Shown here: positions 40,752 to 51,486 of the stretch, in pieces
How positions within the stretch are numbered: position 1 is the stretch's first letter
How the letters are laid out: every line of letters begins with the position of its first letter
Source of the DNA: Eledone cirrhosa
Lineage: Eukaryota
DNA: 64,000 nucleotides
NCBI GenBank assembly: GCA_964016885.1
Contig: OZ024742.1
Location: forward strand, 373,550,001-373,614,000
Direction: 5' to 3'
Program-made: the position numbers and the translations under genes
Notes under the pieces: generated by a model
Seen by the model: the letters and a program-made list of their open reading frames with translations, nothing else
What the model was told of the DNA's origin: nothing
Databases searched by the model: none

Positions 40752-43700
40752 TAGTTGACTAACTAGATAGTAATGTTACTGTCACAGCTCTTTACACCTT
40801 CTCTGACTCTACTAATAGTATACTAACTAGATAGTAATGTTACTGTCACAGCTCTTTACACCTTCTCTGACTCTACTAGTAGTTTAATAACTAGACAGTA
40901 ATGTTACTGTCACAGCTCTTTACACCTTCTCTGACTCTACTAATAGTTTACTAACTAGATTGTAATGTTACTGTCACAGCTCTTTACACCTTCTCTGACT
41001 CTACTAATAGTTTACTAACTAGATAGTAATGTTACTGTCACAGCTCTTTACACCTTCTCTGACTCTTCTAATAGTTTACTAACTAGACAGTAATGATACT
41101 GACACAGCTCTTTACACCTTCTCTGACTCTACTAATAGTTTACTAAATAGATAGTAATGTTACTGTCACAGCTCTTTACACCTTCTCTGACTCTACTAAT
41201 AGTTTACTAACTAGATAGTAATGTTACTGTCACAGCTCTTTACACCTTCTCTGACTCTACTAATAGTTTACTAAATAGATAGTAATGTTACTGTCACAGC
41301 TCTTTACACCTTCTCTGACTCTACTAATAGTTTACTAAATAGATAGTAATGTTACTGTCACAGCTCTTTACACCTTCTCTGACTCTACTAATAGTTTACT
41401 AAATAGATAGTAATGTTACTGTCACAGCTCTTTACACCTTCTCTGACTCTACTAATAGTTTACTAACTAGACAGTAATTTAACTGTCACAGCTCTTTACA
41501 CCTTCTCTGACACTACTAATAGTTTACTAACTAGACAGTAATGTTACTGTTACAGCTCTTTACACCTTCTCTGATTCTGCTAATAGTTTACTAACTAGAC
41601 AGTAATGTTACTGTTGCAGCTCTTTACACCTTCTCTGATTCTGCTAATAGTTTACTAACTAGACAGTAATGTTACTGTCACAGCTCTTTACACCTTCTCT
41701 GACTCTACTAATAGTTTACTAACTAGACAGTAATGTTACTGTCACAGCTCTTTACACCTTCTCTGACTCTACTAATAGTTTACTAACTAGACAGTAATGT
41801 TACTGTCACAGCTCTTTACACCTTCTCTGATTCTGCTAATAGTTTACTAACTAGACAGTAGTGTTACTGACACAGCTCTTTACACCTTCTCTGACTCTAC
41901 TAATAGTTTACTAACTAGATAGTAATGTTACTGTCACAGCTCTTTACACCTTCTCTGACTCTACTAATAGTTTACTAACTAGATAGTAATGTTACTGTCA
42001 CAGCTCTGTACACCTTCTCTGACTCTAGTAATAGTTTACTAACTAGATAGTAATGTTATTGTCACAGCTCTTTACAGTCTCTCTGACTCTACTAATAGTA
42101 TACTAACTAGACAGTAATGTTACTGTCACAGCTCTTTACACCTTCTCTGACTCTACTAATAGTTTACTAACTAGACAGTAATTTAACTGTCACAGCTCTT
42201 TACACCTTCTCTGACTCTACTAATAGTTTACTAACTAGATAGTAATGTTACTGACACAGCTCTTTACAGCTTCTCTGACTCTACTAATAGTTTACTAACT
42301 AGATAGTAATGTTACTGACACAGCTCTTTACAGCTTTGCTGACTCTACTAATAGTTTACTAACTAGATAGTAATGTTACTGTCACAGCTCTTTACACCTT
42401 CTCTGACTCTACTAATAGTTTACTAACTAGACAGTAATGTTACTGACACAGCTCTTTACAGCTTCGCTGACTCTACTAATAGTTTACTAACTAGATAGTA
42501 ATGTTACTGTCACAGCTCTTTACACCTTCTCTGTCTCTAGAAATACTTTACTAACTAGATAGTATTGTTAGTGACACAGCTCTTTATAGCTTCTCTGACT
42601 CTACTAATAGTTTACTAACTAGATAGTAATGTTACTGACACAGCTCTTTACACCTTCTCTGACTCTACTAATAGTTTACTAACTAGACAGTAATGTTACT
42701 GTCACAGCTCTTTACAGCTTCTCTGACTCTAATAATAGTTTACTAACTAGACAGTAATGTTACTGTCACAGCTCTTTACACCTTCTCTGACTCTACTAAT
42801 AGTTTACTAACTAGATAGTAATGTTACTGACACAGCTCTTTACACCTTCTCTGACTCTACTAATAGTTTACTAACTAGACAGTAATTTAACTGTCACAGC
42901 TCTTTACACCTTCTCTGACTCTACTAATAGTTTACTAACTAGACAGTAATTTAACTGTCACAGCTCTTTACACCTTCTCTGACTCTACTAATAGTTTACT
43001 AACTAGATAGTAATGTTACTGACACAACTCTTTACACCTTCTCTGACTCTACTAATAGTTTACTAACTAGATAGTAATGTTACTGACACAGCTCTTTACA
43101 CCTTCTTTGACTCTACTAATAGTTTACTAACTCGACAGTAATGTTACTGTCACAGCTCTTTACACGTTCTCTGACTCTACTAATAGTTTACTAACTAGAT
43201 AGTAATGTTACTGACACAGCTCTTTACACCTTCTCTGACTCTACTAATAGTTTACTAAATAGATAGTAATGTTACTGTCACAGCTCTTTACACCTTCTCT
43301 GACTCTAGTAATAGTTTACTAAATAGATAGTAATGTTACTGTCACAGCTCTTTACACCTTCTCTGACTCTACTAATAGTTTACTAACTAGATAGTAATGT
43401 TACTGTCACAGCTCTTTACACCTTCTCTGACTCTACTAATAGTTTACTAACTAGATAGTAATGTTACTGTCACAGCTCTTTACACCTTCTCTGACTCTAC
43501 TAATAGTTTACTAACTAGATAGTATTGTTAGTGACACAGCTCTTTACACCTTCTCTGACTCTACTAGTAGTTTACTAACTAGATAGTAATGTTAGGGACA
43601 CAGCTCTTTACAGCTTCTCTGACTCTAGTAATAGCTTACTAACTAGATAGTAATGTTACTGTCACAGCTCTTTACACCTTCTCTGACTCTACTAATAGTT

Positions 43701-46700
43701 TACTAACTAGACAGTAATGTTACTGTTACAGCTCTTTACACCTTCTCTGATTCTGCTAATAGTTTACTAACTAGACAGTAATGTTACTGACACAGCTCTT
43801 TATAGCTTCTCTGACTCTACTAATAGTTTACTAACTAGACAGTAATGTTACTGTTACAGCTCTTTACACCTTCTCTGATTCTGCTAATAGTTTACTAACT
43901 AGACAGTAATGTTACTGACACAGCTCTTTATAGCTTCTCTGACTCTACTAATAGTTTACTAACTAGATAGTAATGTTACTGTCACAGCTCTTTACACCTT
44001 CTCTGACTCTACTAATAGTTTACTAACTAGATAGTAATGTTACTGTCACAGCTCTTTACACCTTCTCTGACTCTGGTAATAGTTTACTAACTAGTTAGTA
44101 TTGTTAGTGACACAGCACTTTATCGCTTCTGTGACTCTACTAATAGTTTACTAACTAGACAGTAATGATACTGACACAGCTCTTTACACCTTCTCTGACT
44201 CTACAAATAGTTTACTAACTAGATAGTAATGTTATTGTCACAGCTCTTTACACCTTGTCTGACTCTACTAATAGTTTACTAACTAGACAGTAATGTTACT
44301 GTCACAGCTCTTTACACCTTCTCTGACTCTACTAATAGTTTACTAACTAGATTGTAATGTTACTGTCACAGCTCTTTACACCTTCTCTGACTCTACTAAT
44401 AGTTTACTAACTAGATAGTAATGTTACTGTCACAGCTCTTTACACCTTCTCTGACTCTTCTAATAGTTTACTAACTAGACAGTAATGATACTGACACAGC
44501 TCTTTACACCTTCTCTGACTCTACTAATAGTTTACTAAATAGATAGTAATGTTACTGTCACAGCTCTTTACACCTTCTCTGACTCTACTAATAGTTTACT
44601 AACTAGATAGTAATGTTACTGTCACAGCTCTTTACACCTTCTCTGACTCTACTAATAGTTTACTAAATAGATAGTAATGTTACTGTCACAGCTCTTTACA
44701 CCTTCTCTGACTCTACTAATAGTTTACTAAATAGATAGTAATGTTACTGTCACAGCTCTTTACACCTTCTCTGACTCTACTAATAGTTTACTAAATAGAT
44801 AGTAATGTTACTGTCACAGCTCTTTACACCTTCTCTGACTCTACTAATAGTTTACTAACTAGACAGTAATTTAACTGTCACAGCTCTTTACACCTTCTCT
44901 GACTCTACTAATAGTTTACTAACTAGACAGTAATGTTACTGTTACAGCTCTTTACACCTTCTCTGATTCTGCTAATAGTTTACTAACTAGACAGTAGTGT
45001 TACTGACACAGCTCTTTACACCTTCTCTGACTCTACTAATAGTTTACTAACTAGATAGTAATGTTACTGTCACAGCTCTTTACACCTTCTCTGACTCTAG
45101 TAATAGTTTACTAACTAGATAGTAATGTTATTGTCACAGCTCTTTACAGTCTCTCTGACTCTACTAATAGTATACTAACTAGACAGTAATGTTACTGTCA
45201 CAGCTCTTTACACCTTCTCTGACTCTACTAATAGTTTACTAACTAGACAGTAATTTAACTGTCACAGCTCTTTACACCTTCTCTGACTCTACTAATAGTT
45301 TACTAACTAGATAGTAATGTTACTGACACAGCTCTTTACAGCTTCTCTGACTCTACTAATAGTTTACTAACTAGATAGTAATGTTACTGACACAGCTCTT
45401 TACAGCTTTGCTGACTCTACTAATAGTTTACTAACTAGATAGTAATGTTACTGTCACAGCTCTTTACACCTTCTCTGACTCTACTAATAGTTTACTAACT
45501 AGACAGTAATGTTACTGACACAGCTCTTTACAGCTTCGCTGACTCTACTAATAGTTTACTAACTAGATAGTAATGTTACTGTCACAGCTCTTTACACCTT
45601 CTCTGTCTCTAGAAATACTTTACTAACTAGATAGTATTGTTAGTGACACAGCTCTTCATAGCTTCTCTGACTCTACTAATAGTTTACTAACTAGATAGTA
45701 ATGTTACTGACACAGCTCTTTACACCTTCTCTGACTCTACTAATAGTTTACTAACTAGACAGTAATGTTACTGTCACAGCTCTTTACAGCTTCTCTGACT
45801 CTAATAATAGTTTACTAACTAGACAGTAATGTTACTGTCACAGCTCTTTACACCTTCTCTGACTCTACTAATAGTTTACTAACTAGATAGTAATGTTACT
45901 GACACAGCTCTTTACACCTTCTCTGACTCTACTAATAGTTTACTAACTAGACAGTAATTTAACTGTCACAGCTCTTTACACCTTCTCTGACTCTACTAAT
46001 AGTTTACTAACTAGACAGTAATTTAACTGTCACAGCTCTTTACACCTTCTCTGACTCTACTAATAGTTTACTAACTAGATAGTAATGTTACTGACACAAC
46101 TCTTTACACCTTCTCTGACTCTACTAATAGTTTACTAACTAGATAGTAATGTTACTGACACAGCTCTTTACACCTTCTTTGACTCTACTAATAGTTTACT
46201 AACTCGACAGTAATGTTACTGTCACAGCTCTTTACACGTTCTCTGACTCTACTAATAGTTTACTAACTAGATAGTAATGTTACTGACACAGCTCTTTACA
46301 CGTTCTCTGACTCTACTAATAGTTTACTAACTAGATAGTAATGTTACTGTCACAGCTCTTTACACGTTCTCTGACTCTACTAATAGTTTACTAAATAGAT
46401 AGTAATGTTACTGTCACAGCTCTTTACACCTTCTCTGACTCTAGTAATAGTTTACTAAATAGATAGTAATGTTACTGTCACAGCTCTTTACACGTTCTCT
46501 GACTCTACTAATAGTTTACTAACTAGATAGTAATGCTACTGACACAGCTCTTTACACCTTCTCTGACTCTACTAATAGTTTACTAAATAGATAGTAATGT
46601 TACTGTCACAGCTCTTTACACGTTCTCTGACTCTACTAATAGTTTACTAACTAGATAGTAATGTTACTGACACAGCTATTTACACCTTCTCTGACTCTAC

Positions 46701-47425
46701 TAATAGTTTACTAACTAGACAGTAATGTTACTGACACAGCTCTTTACACTTTCTTTGACTCTACTAATAGTTTACTAACTCGACAGTAATTTAACTGTCA
46801 CAGCTCTTTACACCTTCTCTGACTCTAGTAATAGTTTACTAACTACATAGTAATGTTACTGTCACAGCTCTTTACACCTTCTCTGACTCTACTAATAGTT
46901 TACTAACTAGATAGTAATGTTACTGACACAGTTCTTTATAGTTTCTCTGACTCTACTAATAGTTTACTAACTAGATAGTAATGTTACTGATACAGCTCTT
47001 TACTGCTTCTCTGACTCTACTAATAGTTTACTAACTAGATAGTAATGTTACTAACACAGTTCTTTACACCTTCTCTGACTCTACTAATAGTTTACTAACT
47101 AGACAGTAATGTTACTGTCACAGCTCTTTACACCTTCTCTGACTCTACTAATAGTTTACTAACTAGAGACTAATGTTACTGACACAGCTCTTTACACCTT
47201 CTCTGACTCTAGTAATAGTTTACTAACTCGATAGTAATGTTACTGTCACAGCTCTTTACAGTTTCTCTGACTCTACTAATAGTTTACTAACTAGATAGTA
47301 ATGTTACTGACACAGCTCTTTACACCTTCTCTGACTCTACTAGTAGTTTACTAACTAGACAGTAATGTTACTGTCACAGCTCTTTACACCTTCTCTGACT
47401 CTACTAATAGTTTACTAACTAGATA
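40752..47425. repeat. 64-bp tandem array, left block (~104 units)
   Basis: Unit CTAGATAGTAATGTTACTGTCACAGCTCTTTACACCTTCTCTGACTCTACTAATAGTTTACTAA. Confidence 0.98.
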
Positions 47426-47432
47426 TGTTTCT

Positions 47433-47438
47433 TTTATT
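47433..47438 (-). promoter_or_regulatory. Polyadenylation signal of the Tx1-like element
   Basis: AATAAA 7 nt from the element's 3' end (AATAAAAGAAACA). Confidence 0.7.
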
Positions 47439-47689
47439 TGCCACTAGGGCATCAAAAGTGGGACAAGTAGAAAGGGGGGAGTTTACACAAAAAGGCGTCC
47501 TCAATAAGGAGGAGGCAATAACAAAATATAAAAATAAAATAGGATATAACAAAAAATAAAATTCATAACAAAATCCTCAATAAAGGGGAGGCGCCTTGGG
47601 GGGTCGCACACACCCCCGAAAAAAGTGTGCAACCCTTCTCCTCAGGAGCACAGAGAAGGGGTGCTCCCTTGGTCTTTCATCTTCCTCAC

Positions 47690-50600
47690 CTATAGTCTGA
47701 TGTAGAGTGAAGGCCCATTCACACGGGCCATTCTCGCCACTTTCACCCATCTTTCATAGAAACGGCTGGGGTGCAGCACCTCTCTCTCCATCCTGATCCT
47801 TCTTCCGAAATGATATCGGAAGAAACGGACCAGTTGTTGGCCAGAGAGAAAGGTGCCTGACATCAGTCCTTTCAGACGCCTCCACCATACAACCTCTTTC
47901 GCCATGGCTATTACGCACAGAAACACCGCCTCTGCTTCATCTTTGAAGGGGGGAGGCGGCTTGATCATTACAATAGACTCGGTGGTCAACCGGATCGGTC
48001 CCACCCTTGACAGCAGTTGTTCGACATAGCCCCACAGATCGGCTACGCCCGAGCAGTGTACCAATGCGTGTGTAACGGTTTCCTCGTCGCACACGCATCT
48101 GGGACAGATCTTTTTGGCGGGGTCCCTACCCGGGCGCCCGTGTCTGTAGAGCCTTTCTCGAACGGGTAAAGCCCCTCGGTAGCACTGCCAGGCCAGGGAC
48201 TTCTGGAAGTTGTCCATAGGTCCCGGGCTGAATGTCCTACCGAACAGGCTGGCCAGTTCGTCCTCCTCCATGTCTAGGGCTTCTCCGAGGGCGTCGTCGC
48301 ACCTGCTGCGTACCAGCCCTCTATAGAATGTTGCGGTGGAGTCTCCACTGATAACCGGATCCGCCTGCCAGAGGGCGGTGAGCGCCTGGGCACACTCAGT
48401 GTGCCAGGCGCCCAGTTTTCTAAATCTTTGCTTGACCCAGGATTGCAGCTCGGTGAGTGAGACGAGTCTGGGAAAGGTTCGTCTCACAAACGAGGCCCAC
48501 ACCGGTTGTCCGGTGAGGAATACGTAGAGGTGCCGTAGCCTTAATGCGTGTTTACGCATCATTAGCCACGGCATCCCCAGCCCTCCTTTCGAAGGGTGTT
48601 GACAGCAGATGGATCTCCTCACCATAGGAGCCCGCCTCTTCCAAAGGAATTGGAAGAACGCGCGCTCCATCTTGGTGAGGGTTTCCCTTGGGCAGGGCAC
48701 TACGGTCAGGCGGTAGTAGATGACGGACGCTATGTAGGTGTTCGCCACCTCCGCCCGACCTTTCAGGGATAGTTTGCAACTGGCCCACTTCTGGGTCAGT
48801 GCAAACACCCTGTTCATAACCTCCACCCAGATTTTCTCCACCTGGAGGTCCGGTCCGAACCAGACCCCGAGCAACTTCACCGGGCCCTCCGTCCAGCGTC
48901 CGACGATGCCATCGGAGGGCATCGGTCTGCCCCTCCACGTGCCGAGTTGCAAACCGATCGACTTGTCCCGGTTCAGCTTAGCCCCTGTTAACTTTTCGTA
49001 CTCCTCCAGTAAGGTGCCGACTGCCTCGATTTCGGAGGCCGTCGACACCATTACTGTCACGTCATCGGCGTAGGCCGACACCGCTTTCCGCAATCCCGGT
49101 TCCAAAGGGATGCCCTGCAACAACTCCAACTTCCGCAGTAGTGGCTCGAGAGTCAGCACATACAGAAGGGAGGAGAGAGGGCACCCTTGTCGGATGGACC
49201 GCGCGATTTTGAACGGCTCCGAGAGGTAGCCGTTCACCTTGACCCTAGAGCAGATGCGGCTGCTGTGCATAGCAGTGATCCAGCCCCTGAAAACGGGTCC
49301 GAAGCCTGCCGCCGCTAACACCGCATCCAGGTAACCATGGTCGACCCTATCGAACGCCTTAGATTGATCCAAGTTGATCAGAGCCCCACCAAAGCCGGGT
49401 TCGTTCCCAACCCTCTCTATGATGTATCGCATGAGGTGGAGGTTGTCATGGATGGACCTGGACGGGATAGCGCATGTCTGCGCATCTCCCACCAGGTTGC
49501 CCACGACAAGCGCCAACCTCTTTGCTAGCACCTTGGCCAAAATCTGTAACTCTGTATTTAGCAGAGTTATGGGCCTGAAGTTACTTATTTCGTCCCCCTT
49601 GTTCTCGTCCTTCCTCACTAGCGTGACTACGCCCTTGGTCACAGTACAGGGAATTCTCCCGTTCTGTTGCCAGTTGCAGTAGACCACCTCGAGGAGATTG
49701 GGGAACAAGTCCGGCATAGCTAGATATAATTCGTAAGGAAGACCATCGAGACCCAGGGATTTGCGTTTGCCGCATTGGCTCAGCACGTCCTCTATCTCAG
49801 CGGCCGAAATCGGCTCCTCGCAGGACTTCGCCTCCCTGTCCGAGAGGCGCGGCAGGCCGTCGAGGTATGGACCGAAGTCCACGTTCCCAACCGGCTCCCC
49901 GCCCCTCCCGAACAGTCGGGCAAAGAGCCTTTGAAAGGCCTCACACATCTGCTTAGGCTCAAGAATCGCCCGTCCATCCAGGTCTCGCAAAGACCAGATG
50001 GTGGATTTAGTTCCACTGTTGGCCTCTGTCATGCGGGCCCAGCTAACAGCTTTGGTCCCCTCGTTCCCTAGAGCACGTATTTTACTTCGGACAACGCAGC
50101 CTTCGTGCTTCGCGTCGAAAAACTGGCTCAAAGCCGTTCTCGACGCTAGCACTCTGGCCACGTCGCCGCTTCTAATTGCCTCTTCTACTCTATCTATTAG
50201 CTCCCTTTCCTTCCTATTCCTATCCGCAGCTAGAACCTTACTAAATTCTATCGAGACTACTCTAATCTCTCTCTTTAGAGATACCCACCACCTGCTGTTG
50301 ACGATCGCTCCAGTCAACCGTTCCTTAACTAACGTACTAATCCGATTCCTGTAGGCTCTACTTGCCGGCAAGGACAAGTTGAGCTTCCAGTAACCGGGGC
50401 CCTGTCTATAAGTTCTGTCAAGGTTGACCATGCAGGTCACTAATTTGTGGTCTGAATAGCCAACCATGCGCATTTTTGGACAACTTAAAAAGTCCTTATC
50501 CTTAATTCTAACTAAGAACCTATCTAGGTACGACCTAGATGATCCGCTACGATTTGCCCAAGTCCAGGTTGGCGCAGTCGGAAAATCTAGTCGATATCTA

Positions 50601-51127
50601 TCGGCCAGGTCAAATCGACCGATTAACCCTTTGAGGCTATTACACCCCTCTCTATCGGGGCAGGCCCCTACGTAGTCCCAGCGTGCATCTAGGATACCAT
50701 TCCAGTCCCCCACTAATAGCAAGGAGCGGGACGTCCCTAGAAAAGTCTCCAGACGATGGAAGAAGTCCGGCCGCATTGACCCGAAAGGGCCGTAGGCGGC
50801 TACCAACCTAAACGCTCCGCCTTTACCACTGCCAAGGTCCAGAACCACTAGTCGACCCTCCGGGTCCAAATGTACCATCTGTGTTGCGAGACCCAGATGT
50901 TTTTGCAGCAGAACGACAACTCCACCCCCACCTCCGGGCTGACAGAGAGATGCGTGCATCTCAAAGTCATCAAAGGTGGGGGCCAGCTGTCGCACGTTGC
51001 TGATCCGTGCCTCGCAAATAACCATCACATCTATACGTTGTGACCTGAGGTCATTTAGAAGCATTGCTTGCTTCCAAGTTGAGCCCAGGCCACGCGCATT
51101 TAAACAGCCTACTCTTAGCATAGCCAT
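47690..51127 (-). CDS. LINE ORF2p: APE endonuclease, reverse transcriptase and C-terminal CCHC finger (1145 aa from the first ATG)
   Basis: EN motifs GCLNARGL, GDWN, YLDRF, SDH; linker GPGYWKLN; RT motifs FRPITLLN, LDQSKAFDRVDH, RQGCPLS, YADD; finger CPRC...ETVTHALVHC. The track's start at 51151 is a GTG, and the first ATG is at 51127. Confidence 0.95.
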   Translation of the reverse strand: MAMLRVGCLNARGLGSTWKQAMLLNDLRSQRIDVMVICEARISNVRQLAPTFDDFEMHASLCQPGGGGGVVVLLQKHLGLATQMVHLDPEGRLVVLDLGSGKGGAFRLVAAYGPFGSMRPDFFHRLETFLGTSRSLLLVGDWNGILDARWDYVGACPDREGCNSLKGLIGRFDLADRYRLDFPTAPTWTWANRSGSSRSYLDRFLVRIKDKDFLSCPKMRMVGYSDHKLVTCMVNLDRTYRQGPGYWKLNLSLPASRAYRNRISTLVKERLTGAIVNSRWWVSLKREIRVVSIEFSKVLAADRNRKERELIDRVEEAIRSGDVARVLASRTALSQFFDAKHEGCVVRSKIRALGNEGTKAVSWARMTEANSGTKSTIWSLRDLDGRAILEPKQMCEAFQRLFARLFGRGGEPVGNVDFGPYLDGLPRLSDREAKSCEEPISAAEIEDVLSQCGKRKSLGLDGLPYELYLAMPDLFPNLLEVVYCNWQQNGRIPCTVTKGVVTLVRKDENKGDEISNFRPITLLNTELQILAKVLAKRLALVVGNLVGDAQTCAIPSRSIHDNLHLMRYIIERVGNEPGFGGALINLDQSKAFDRVDHGYLDAVLAAAGFGPVFRGWITAMHSSRICSRVKVNGYLSEPFKIARSIRQGCPLSSLLYVLTLEPLLRKLELLQGIPLEPGLRKAVSAYADDVTVMVSTASEIEAVGTLLEEYEKLTGAKLNRDKSIGLQLGTWRGRPMPSDGIVGRWTEGPVKLLGVWFGPDLQVEKIWVEVMNRVFALTQKWASCKLSLKGRAEVANTYIASVIYYRLTVVPCPRETLTKMERAFFQFLWKRRAPMVRRSICCQHPSKGGLGMPWLMMRKHALRLRHLYVFLTGQPVWASFVRRTFPRLVSLTELQSWVKQRFRKLGAWHTECAQALTALWQADPVISGDSTATFYRGLVRSRCDDALGEALDMEEDELASLFGRTFSPGPMDNFQKSLAWQCYRGALPVRERLYRHGRPGRDPAKKICPRCVCDEETVTHALVHCSGVADLWGYVEQLLSRVGPIRLTTESIVMIKPPPPFKDEAEAVFLCVIAMAKEVVWWRRLKGLMSGTFLSGQQLVRFFRYHFGRRIRMEREVLHPSRFYERWVKVARMARVNGPSLYIRL

Positions 51128-51151
51128 GTTGGTGGTGAAGAGAAAAGGCAC

Positions 51152-51486
51152 TTACCTCTCTGCGTCCCGGGTATCGGGCTGCACAATTTCCATTAGGGTG
51201 GGGGATGGGTTGTTGGTTGGGGTGGTGGTTTGTGGAAGTGTGGGGGCATCAGTGTGTTGTGTGGTTGGGGAGCTTGGAGTTGTGTGGGTGTTTGGGGAGG
51301 GGGTGGGATAGTTTTTTAGGAGGACGCGGTTAATGGGCCCGACGCAGGGGGGACCCACGTCCTCTTTAAAATTGTTTTTTAAAGTTTTATAGGTGTCCTG
51401 TGGGGCCTTAATCATTTTGAGGTGGGGGAAATCCCCTGCCTGGGTGAAGTTAGGCCCTTGTGTTTTTATTAGATTGTTGTTGTACA
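51152..51486 (-). pseudogene. Probable C-terminal remnant of LINE ORF1 (Pro/Thr-rich), cut by the 5' truncation
   Basis: An open frame runs from the insertion boundary to a TAA 24 nt before the ORF2 ATG. No diagnostic domain is visible. Confidence 0.6.

Larger units (their letters stand above)
47426..51486 (-). mobile_element. 5'-truncated L1/Tx1-like non-LTR retrotransposon inserted in the 64-bp array
   Basis: ORF1 remnant, intact ORF2, 264-bp 3'UTR with AATAAA and a short A-rich end. TACTAACTAGATA is duplicated at 47413-47425 and 51487-51499. The element is GC- and CpG-rich relative to its flanks. Confidence 0.96.

Noticed and set aside
47413-47425. Resemblance of the LINE target (TATCTAGTT on the minus strand) to U2 snRNA TATCTGTT, suggesting a U2-targeting Tx1 family
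   Set aside because: The match is short and gapped, and no U2 sequence is present. It cannot be supported from one insertion.
51146-51158. Perfect donor-like AG|GTAAGT at the ORF1 stop (minus strand)
   Set aside because: It overlaps the TAA stop and no partner acceptor is evident, so it is probably coincidental.
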